Positions 7,501-13,729 of a DNA stretch of 13,729 nt are shown in pieces (position 1 is the stretch's first letter; the number at the start of each line of letters is the position of its first letter). The stretch spans positions 1 to 13,729 of the forward strand of contig CBFGIV010000055.1 of NCBI GenBank assembly GCA_965648915.1, read 5' to 3'. This stretch comes from a candidate division WOR-3 bacterium (GTDB lineage Bacteria; Hydrothermota; Tepidihabitantia; SM23-42; CAYGYG01). A program made the position numbers and the translations under genes. Under the pieces are notes generated by a model. The model searched no databases, was not told where the DNA came from, and saw only the letters and a program-made list of their open reading frames with translations.

Positions 7501-9961
7501 TCCCATTATTATCACGGTCTTCAGTCTCGAAAGTCCCCAACCCGACAAGCTCGCCCTGGCCATTGCGCCGGAGTTGATCCTCACTGATTTTGGTGCCGAT
7601 ATCGATATGGAGCCTCCCTCCTTTACCTTTAACAATTACCTCTAAGTTCTCACACTCATCAAGGTCTTCACCAAACTGTAAGGCCTGGGTTAAACCAGCA
7701 AAAGTGTTTTCATCCTGTGGTTCAAAATAGATCTTTAATACTTCGGCCAGGTCCTGGGGATCATCGGGATTTATAAAGATATCGCTTCGGGTCAATTTCG
7801 CTTCGGGGTTGAACCAGATTAGTCTTTTCTGGGCAAAATTATTCGCTGATTTATTGTGGGGCAAACTCGCCAGATACCAGCTCCGGTAACCCATCGTGAG
7901 ATCACTCGTAATTGTCGTTCGCTCAAAATCATCAATATAGACCTTCCCTTTAGTATTGAGATTGGAAAAAGATAAGGCGGTTTCAAAATTGAGATTTAAG
8001 TTTGATTGGGCTTCGGTCTCAACTAAAGGTAACCAATCAATGGCATCGGTGACAAAATCGAGTCTCTGAGGGTGAGCAACATCGAATTCGCAGACAACCC
8101 GGCGATGGGGTTCGGATTTAAGACGGGGATGTTCATCGGGATAACCTTCAGACCGGTAAAAAAGGCTTGAGCCGAATTTTGTCTCAGCAAAAGGATTCAT
8201 TGAGGCCCTCATCCCGAGAAGTGATTTCTGAGCCGCAGAAAAGAGAGGCATCGTCTCGTAAGTAATCTTCACATCATCATTTTCACCGACCGGCTTTAAA
8301 AATTTAACCTTACCTTCACCATAGTCAACCACAAAGTCTTTCCCCTCTTCCCATACCTGATTATTTATATAAACCTTTACACTTCCCTCTTCGACATCGG
8401 GCGGTAGATTATATTCAGCCGCTGCCTGAACTGACCGAACGACAATCTTAAATTTCTTCCCCTCCAGTGATTGAAGGCTTGCCTGTGGTTTCCGGTAAAT
8501 GATTGTATCACGTTCCTCAACATCGATCTGATTTGAGGCAAAAGGATATGGATCAGGAAAAATGAGTAATCCATCTGAGGCATTAAAGTACGGCCACTCC
8601 ACCAATCCATTATTATCCGGGTCAAGGCCTAAAAGTTCCCGATAAGGCACGCCCTGATTGGTAACATTGCGATCCTCGGCACCAGGGACATCGTAGATTA
8701 TGCTGAAAGAAGTCATCTTGATCCCGACTCCAAGGAAATAGACATTCCTCATTTCATAGTGCCAGAGAAAGGAACGTGGATCATCAAGTGCGGGATCAAT
8801 CAATTTTAATCGAATTGAATCTTTATTTGTACTGGTATCACCAACCACCCGACCACTCCTGGTCACATAGGCAATCGCCAGGACATAGGCATCACTCAAT
8901 CGATTATTTAATCTGATGACATTCGATGATTGGTCAAAGATGTAAAAATCGCCCATCCGTTGTATTGTAAATTTGCCCGCATGTTTATCAGCCGGATAGA
9001 CCGTGTCCGGGATATTATCATTATTGGAATCAACATAAGCATAGGCAAATTTTGATGGTTCGGAAGGATTCTCATAGCGATCATCAAGCCAGACATTGAG
9101 CCGAACAATCTCTTCGGTCTCTCCTATCCAGTAAAAACGCTTCCCCTCATAATCCCGACCATAGAGAACCGTTGAATCCGCCTTAACCTTGCCTTCGTAT
9201 TTCGATTCCTGGGTTTCGCTCTTCTCCTGAGAGGCAACTGCCACCAGTCCCAATGGCCCAATTTTTGAAGTTGTCTTGATGCCGAATAGTCCTTTATGAG
9301 TAGGGATATCGCCAGTATAGGTTGTGCCCGGAATCGAAAGCTGAGTGTCACCGCCTTCGATCTCCTGAATGACCTCATCTTCAGTTCCTTTATAAGTTAA
9401 AGTAACCTTGTTCTTCGATTCTGATTCTCGCTGGGAGTCGTGGTCAATAAATATTTTGAGTCGATCGCCAACCTGCCCATCGAGGTTAATACGCAATTCC
9501 TGTTTCATCTCGAGTTCAGGAATCAATGAAGGTTGCTCGCCGGTGTAACCTTTTACATATTGCTGGCGCCCACCAATCGTTATCTTCTCCTGCCCGCCAA
9601 CATCGAGTTTGGTAGCATCACCGATAAACTCACCAAATCCTCCTTTGATTGGCATCGGGACCTCGATCGTCTGGATCAGCCCCTGCCCCCGGCCTCCGTA
9701 AGCCATCTCCCTTTTGATCTGACTCTTCCTGGACTCAAGTAACAGGATACTTAAATTCTGATGCTTGATCTGGCTATTAAAATAGTGATCAAGCGTTACG
9801 ATACTATCAATGCCGATAAATTCACGCCCCCGATACCGCAAAAAGAGCACCTGTCGTGAATGGTAGTCAACCACGACCTTACGGGTAATCTCGGTCTTGC
9901 TGAAATCTTCGGCTGTGGTGACCCAGAACATCAGCCCGATAAGAAGGCAAATGGATCTCAT
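4559..9961 (-). CDS. sprA: SprA/Sov-family outer-membrane translocon of the type IX secretion system (compact, 1800 aa)
   Basis: Signal peptide; SprA-like N-terminal block QELRINLDGQVGDRLKIFIDHD...NKVTLTYKGTEDEVIQEIEGGD...GLFGIKTTSKIGPLGLVAVASQEKSE. Also YIDDFE, DTGLDG, DTEDIN and GWKMFRIPI motifs, a long C-terminal amphipathic beta-strand region, and a terminal Phe (beta-signal-like). Confidence 0.88.
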   Translation of the reverse strand: MRSICLLIGLMFWVTTAEDFSKTEITRKVVVDYHSRQVLFLRYRGREFIGIDSIVTLDHYFNSQIKHQNLSILLLESRKSQIKREMAYGGRGQGLIQTIEVPMPIKGGFGEFIGDATKLDVGGQEKITIGGRQQYVKGYTGEQPSLIPELEMKQELRINLDGQVGDRLKIFIDHDSQRESESKNKVTLTYKGTEDEVIQEIEGGDTQLSIPGTTYTGDIPTHKGLFGIKTTSKIGPLGLVAVASQEKSETQESKYEGKVKADSTVLYGRDYEGKRFYWIGETEEIVRLNVWLDDRYENPSEPSKFAYAYVDSNNDNIPDTVYPADKHAGKFTIQRMGDFYIFDQSSNVIRLNNRLSDAYVLAIAYVTRSGRVVGDTSTNKDSIRLKLIDPALDDPRSFLWHYEMRNVYFLGVGIKMTSFSIIYDVPGAEDRNVTNQGVPYRELLGLDPDNNGLVEWPYFNASDGLLIFPDPYPFASNQIDVEERDTIIYRKPQASLQSLEGKKFKIVVRSVQAAAEYNLPPDVEEGSVKVYINNQVWEEGKDFVVDYGEGKVKFLKPVGENDDVKITYETMPLFSAAQKSLLGMRASMNPFAETKFGSSLFYRSEGYPDEHPRLKSEPHRRVVCEFDVAHPQRLDFVTDAIDWLPLVETEAQSNLNLNFETALSFSNLNTKGKVYIDDFERTTITSDLTMGYRSWYLASLPHNKSANNFAQKRLIWFNPEAKLTRSDIFINPDDPQDLAEVLKIYFEPQDENTFAGLTQALQFGEDLDECENLEVIVKGKGGRLHIDIGTKISEDQLRRNGQGELVGLGTFETEDRDNNGTWDRSSEDTGLDGVYGTDPNAPGDDGNDDFSEEITKKNGTENNGIYDTEDINHDTGFLQDNAYYSYSIDLDSTRYLIANAELQPGWKMFRIPIKDSLNRDTVYSAASPNWEHIYYFRIWLDGFNGPETLTIYTISAVGSRWQNKGIVSRFPPPHDSTEEFVLSPVNTRTHTYYKPPYPLLRDEFGRLRSEGALEFRIRNLQRYHEAIAYRPTDEAEDYREYDTISFLIHTKRSNPLISIRFGSDSANYYQYTSYANSVPKGYNDYREIKMSLKDFIDLKRITEGDSIAVQGNYMVMGNPSISAVRFFQIAIRNQDDELLSDTIWVNDIRLSSPKSEVGRISQGSVGLTMADLASFNLGLSESNGRFKRLSESKGIGLSGESKSLNFSSTVNLNKILLDRWHFSIPLSYSHSQSQSDPRFAYFSEDLELSSVEAKEQRTSSRSDRYGFSFAKSNSRHWLTRYTFDNLSLSGDLSKSTNRTITTLDSTRQFGLRGGYRLDPKIGFSVGRERFSLAPQSINFQTGYNDNYSTTFSRRNMNDPYRRNSRPFRSRLLSPSFSLSYSPHQIINTNYSFSQVRDSVSSRRRFGEEVSRNQGAGVTVAQNLFIISPTIALRGGYNEDHSFAIRTPENLRNVGNSSDYSVSSGLELGKVLKSLCRLRDESKDTLVLVGSPQWVLSQIERFSNQIRDPSFSFIHSRSSSYQMVKARPSSRYQFGLIDTLPAEFLKNPSLQNRAIRNNLNTSSGLSISAFNIAFGYNKSIGTNYAYATNNTKTITDEYPDLSISIGQVERLPFLSKYVNSSSINTAFNQVVEKRGEFKSDSALKIVELTRTYDFSPLASWQLNWKKGVNSSIEFRHSQGYSISYDQGEYRRNHKTQSLDASLAYSFSAPTGINFPVLRYIRFTSTLSINVTAGYSKHVEWLQESVNRINDVSTFSSRLGLSYQFSSSINGGSDLDYAQNKNNLTSQTTNVIGLNFWVLFLF

Positions 9962-11817
9962 AACTCTTCTTCGACTCTTTTAGCAATCAGCGAATGGTGT
10001 AACCCGTATTTCTCAAGAAGTAAAGTGCGCTCGCCATGCTCAATAAATTTTTCAGGAAGTCCAATTATGCTAACTCTATCCGCCAGCCCTTCTCGGGCCA
10101 GTAACTCAACCACCATACTGCCAAATCCTCCTGCAGCTGTTCCTTCTTCCAGCGTATAAATGCGCTGTACACTCCGGGCTGTTTCAATAATCAATTCTTC
10201 ATCCAGGGGTCGAGCAAATCGCGCATTGATCAAAGTAACCTCAATCCCTTTCCCTTTAAGTATCTCACTGGCCTTGATCCCTTCTTCGACCATTGTCCCA
10301 AGACAGATCAGTGCGACCTTACCCTTTTTATAGATAATCTCTGCTCTGCCAATTTCTAATTTCCTTAAGGGGGTAATAGAGCGATTTACTGCTGCCCCCC
10401 GCGGGTAGCGAATTGCTACCGGACCATCTTTATACTCGATCGCGGTAAAGAGCATATGGCGTAGTTCATCCTCATCCTTGGGTGCCATAATTACCAGATT
10501 AGGAACGACTCTCAGATAGGCGATATCGAATGGTCCGTGATGGGTTGGACCATCTTCACCCACCAGTCCCGCCCGGTCGATTGCAAAGACGACCGGTGCC
10601 TTCTGGAGAGCAACATCGTGAATAATCTGATCATAAGCCCGCTGGAGAAAAGTAGAATAGATAGCACAGACCGGTCGAAAACCCTCAAGGGCTAAAGCCG
10701 CAGCCAGGGTAACTGCATGCTGTTCAGCGATACCGACATCGAAGAAACGATCGGGAAAATTTCTTTTGAACTCAGAGAGTCCGGTCCCCAGACACATCCC
10801 GGCGGTAAGGGCGACAACCTTTTCATTCTTGTGCGCAATCTCAACCAGAATCTCACCAAAGGCGCTGGTATAAGTTCGAGGGCTGGATTTAACCTGTCCG
10901 CTCATTTTATCGAATGGACCAACGCCGTGAAATGTCTCAGGATCTTCTTCTGCCGGTCTGAAGCCTTTACCTTTCTGAGTTACGACATGGACAAAGAGCG
11001 GTCCCCGTAAATACTTCAGGCGATTGAAAGTCTTTATTAAAGTATCGAGATCGTGGCCATTCAAAGGGCCAATATAACGATAACCCAGTTCTTCAAATAT
11101 AATTGAAGGCGCAACCAGCCCGATAAATCCCTCTTCGACTCTTTTAGCCAGAAACCGGATCCGATCCCGGACCGGTCCAGGCAGACGGCCCGAGGCAATC
11201 CAGACATCATCCCGTAAACGGCTATAGGTTCGGGTTGTGATAACCCGACTTAAATAAGCCGAGAGTGCCCCAACCGTCTCACCGATTGAGCGTTCATTGT
11301 CATTCAGTATAACAATAATATCCTTCTTGAGTTGACCGATGTGATTGAGGGCCTCGAAGGCCATCCCCGCACCTAATGATCCGTCACCGATTACGGCGAT
11401 TATTTTATATTTCTCATTCCGAAAATCCCTGACGATTGCCATACCGAGGGCCGCCGAGAGCGAAGTCGAGGAATGGCCGGTATTGAAGCAGTCATAGCAG
11501 GATTCTTCCCTTTTAGGAAAACCGCTTAACCCCTGATAACTTCTCAGATTAAAAAATTTTTCCCGGCGTCCAGTAATGATCTTATGGGCATAAGATTGGT
11601 GACCAACATCCCAGATGATCCTGTCGCCCGGTGTGTCGAAGACCCGATGCAGGGCGATTGTTAAATCGACCACGCCAAGACTCGGCGCCACATGCCCCCC
11701 TCGGGTTGAACATACTTCAACAATCAATTCTCTTATTTCCGAGGCCAGGGTTTCAAGTTGTGAGATCGTTAGTTCTTTCAGGTCCTGGGGTGAATTGATC
11801 TTTTCTAAGATGGGCAT
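9958..11817 (-). CDS. dxs: 1-deoxy-D-xylulose-5-phosphate synthase
   Basis: GGHVAPSLG, WDVGHQSYAHKIITGR, TGHSSTS, TPP-binding GDG...NDN, DVGIAEQHA, FLQRAYDQ, DRAG...DGPTHHG; 619 aa. Confidence 0.97.
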   Translation of the reverse strand: MPILEKINSPQDLKELTISQLETLASEIRELIVEVCSTRGGHVAPSLGVVDLTIALHRVFDTPGDRIIWDVGHQSYAHKIITGRREKFFNLRSYQGLSGFPKREESCYDCFNTGHSSTSLSAALGMAIVRDFRNEKYKIIAVIGDGSLGAGMAFEALNHIGQLKKDIIVILNDNERSIGETVGALSAYLSRVITTRTYSRLRDDVWIASGRLPGPVRDRIRFLAKRVEEGFIGLVAPSIIFEELGYRYIGPLNGHDLDTLIKTFNRLKYLRGPLFVHVVTQKGKGFRPAEEDPETFHGVGPFDKMSGQVKSSPRTYTSAFGEILVEIAHKNEKVVALTAGMCLGTGLSEFKRNFPDRFFDVGIAEQHAVTLAAALALEGFRPVCAIYSTFLQRAYDQIIHDVALQKAPVVFAIDRAGLVGEDGPTHHGPFDIAYLRVVPNLVIMAPKDEDELRHMLFTAIEYKDGPVAIRYPRGAAVNRSITPLRKLEIGRAEIIYKKGKVALICLGTMVEEGIKASEILKGKGIEVTLINARFARPLDEELIIETARSVQRIYTLEEGTAAGGFGSMVVELLAREGLADRVSIIGLPEKFIEHGERTLLLEKYGLHHSLIAKRVEEEL

Positions 11818-11826
11818 GGGTTTTAT

Positions 11827-12696
11827 TCAAAAGTTTCTCTTGATAATATATTCAGTCAGACAGGTGAAGAAATTAAATCTCTCTTTATCCAGATTGTTAA
11901 TAATCATCTGAATCGTATCGGCGTAGCGTCGGGCACGAAATCTTGCCCCATCCAATCCATAAACACGGGGATAGGTCAATTTATCCTGAAGTTGATCCTT
12001 CCGCACCGCTTTTCCCATACTCTTATCATCACCGATAACATCGAGGATGTCATCGGTGATCTGAAAAAGCATGCCGAGATAAAGACCGACTTTACCGAGG
12101 ATCTCTGTAATCTCCTCATCGGCCTCAGCCATTATTGCACCACATCTGACTGCGCCCGCAAAAAATTTTGCCGTTTTATTCTTATGGATCATTCTCAGAG
12201 TCTTGGGGTTAAATTCTTTTTCTTTTTTGATATCGAGCGCCTGGCCGAATACTATTCCTCTCGGTCCGGTCACCTGGGCCATCTCCCTTACAACTCGCCA
12301 CTGGGCGGATTTACTGCCATTCCCGGTTGTAAAAAGTTCAAAGGCCAGGGAGTACAAACCATCACCAGCCAGGATTGCCATCGCCTCGCCGAAAACCTTG
12401 TGATTGGTTAATTTGCCCCGGCGGTAATCATCATTATCCATCGCCGGTAGATCATCGTGAATAAGTGAATAGGCATGGATCATCTCCATCCCACAGGCAA
12501 TCGGCATAATTACCGAAAGATCGCGGCCGCCCAGTATTTCATATGTAGCGATGGTTAGAATCGGTCTCAGCCTCTTGCCCCCATCGATTGCCGAATAGGC
12601 CATGGCTTCAAAGAGAAAACTCTCGGGTTTGAGAAAATTTTTTAAGGCTTCATCGACCAATAACTTCTTTTCCTTAAGATATCTCTCCAGATCCAA
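11827..12696 (-). CDS. ispA: Short-chain polyprenyl (farnesyl) diphosphate synthase
   Basis: GGKRLRP, first Asp-rich motif DDLPAMD followed by RRG, GQALD, KTA, second motif DDILD. Tyr five residues before the first motif is typical of FPP synthases. TTG start with AAGGAG RBS inside the folD 3' end (23-nt overlap). Confidence 0.9.
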   Translation of the reverse strand: MDLERYLKEKKLLVDEALKNFLKPESFLFEAMAYSAIDGGKRLRPILTIATYEILGGRDLSVIMPIACGMEMIHAYSLIHDDLPAMDNDDYRRGKLTNHKVFGEAMAILAGDGLYSLAFELFTTGNGSKSAQWRVVREMAQVTGPRGIVFGQALDIKKEKEFNPKTLRMIHKNKTAKFFAGAVRCGAIMAEADEEITEILGKVGLYLGMLFQITDDILDVIGDDKSMGKAVRKDQLQDKLTYPRVYGLDGARFRARRYADTIQMIINNLDKERFNFFTCLTEYIIKRNF

Positions 12697-13552
12697 GGCT
12701 TCTCCTTGCTGCCAAAACGAGATTTTTGAGAAGCATAATCACGGTCAACGGCCCAACCCCGCCGGGTACCGGTGTAATAAAACCGGCGATCTCCTTGACT
12801 TTTTCAAAATCAACATCACCGACCAACTTATTATCATCGGTGCGATTTATACCAACATCAATCACCACCGCACCCGGCTTCACCATCTCCGCCGTGATCG
12901 CCCTGGCCCTGCCCATTGCTGCAACAAGGATATCAGCATTGCGTGTAATACTGGCAAGATTGACTGTCTTCTGATGGCAAACCGTTACGGTCGCATCAGC
13001 CATTTCACCCTTCAAGAGTAAGAGATTGGCCAGTGGTTTACCAACAATATTACTCCGGCCTACAATCACCACATTCTTACCCTGAGTTTTAATGCCCGAC
13101 ACCTTCAACATTTCAATTATCCCCAGGGGGGTGCAGGGAACAAATTCGGGTGTCCCGGCCATCAACCGGCCCAGGTTAACCGGATGAAATCCATCAACAT
13201 CCTTTCTGGGATCGATACTTAAAAGTACCTCTTCAGTGTTATAATCCCGGGGCAGTGGAAGTTGAACAATAAAACCGTGCAAATTCGGATCTTCATTAAA
13301 TTCTTTAATAGTCGCCATAACCTCTGCTTGTTTGGTCTGAGCCGGAAAGCGGCGGACATCGACTTCGATATTGAGTTTCTTGCCGGTATTCTCTTTATTC
13401 CTCACATAGACAACACTACCAGGGTCTTCTCCAACCAGGATCACACCCAATCTGGGGACAACACTTTTTCGCCTAAGATCATTAACTTCCTCCCTCAAAT
13501 CAGAAGCAATCTTTTCAGCAATAACTTTTCCATTTAAGATTTCTGCAGTCAT
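12674..13552 (-). CDS. folD: Bifunctional methylenetetrahydrofolate dehydrogenase/cyclohydrolase
   Basis: YVRNK (YxxxK), VQLPLP, KDVDGFHPVNLG, PCTP, VGRSNIVGKP, VIDVGINR, TPVPGGVGPLT. Confidence 0.97.
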   Translation of the reverse strand: MTAEILNGKVIAEKIASDLREEVNDLRRKSVVPRLGVILVGEDPGSVVYVRNKENTGKKLNIEVDVRRFPAQTKQAEVMATIKEFNEDPNLHGFIVQLPLPRDYNTEEVLLSIDPRKDVDGFHPVNLGRLMAGTPEFVPCTPLGIIEMLKVSGIKTQGKNVVIVGRSNIVGKPLANLLLLKGEMADATVTVCHQKTVNLASITRNADILVAAMGRARAITAEMVKPGAVVIDVGINRTDDNKLVGDVDFEKVKEIAGFITPVPGGVGPLTVIMLLKNLVLAARRSLGSGEIS

Positions 13553-13560
13553 AGTATCCT

Positions 13561-13588
13561 ATTCTACACTTAAAAAAAACTTTGTCAA
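13561..13588 (-). promoter_or_regulatory. sigma70-type promoter of the folD-ispA-dxs-sprA-M28-comEA-truD operon
   Basis: Minus strand: TTGACA (13588-13583), 16-nt spacer, TAGAAT (13566-13561). The ATG follows 8 nt later. Confidence 0.72.
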
Positions 13589-13729
13589 GTTCAAATCCCC
13601 TGCTGGTAGCGTCAATATTTTTGTGTAAATTCTTTTATTGCTTTTAAAGGGCGATCCTTCCATCTGTTATTATATTTGTTAAAAAGAGCAAGAACAATCC
13701 GCTCACAACTCTCTGAATCCGTAAAGGCA

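Noticed and set aside
311..12590. Apparent abundance of ATCGAT/GATC and CCGG words
   Set aside because: It can be explained by codon pairs such as Ile-Asp (ATC GAT) and by Pro/Arg/Gly codons. A Markov-corrected genome-wide count would be needed and I could not run one.
3513..13537. The many 60-139 aa shadow ORFs overlapping comEA, M28, sprA, dxs, ispA and folD
   Set aside because: They are antisense or off-frame by-products of conserved genes, with no family motifs and no convincing initiation signals that I noticed.
13610..13615. Second -35-like hexamer (TTGACG, minus strand) upstream of folD
   Set aside because: There is no acceptable -10 hexamer 16-18 nt downstream.

Overview
A gene-dense bacterial window with no mobile element, CRISPR array or tRNA/rRNA. 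Most of it is one tightly coupled minus-strand operon (2315-13552): folD-ispA-dxs-sprA-M28/glutaminyl-cyclase-like-comEA-truD, behind a near-consensus sigma70 promoter. The main point of interest is a compact (1800 aa) SprA/Sov-family type IX secretion (T9SS) translocon gene translationally coupled to housekeeping folate and isoprenoid genes. At the left end is a likely T9SS cargo (signal peptide, 8-repeat beta-propeller, C-terminal FlgD-Ig/type-A sorting-like domain). It converges on a small probable lipoprotein gene whose upstream region carries several palindromes. The TTGACA/TATAAT promoters and AGGAGG ribosome-binding sites differ from the Bacteroidia/Flavobacteriia pattern, so the host is probably another FCB-related lineage (WOR-3-like; inference only). 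All family calls come from motifs recognised by eye; no database searches were run.
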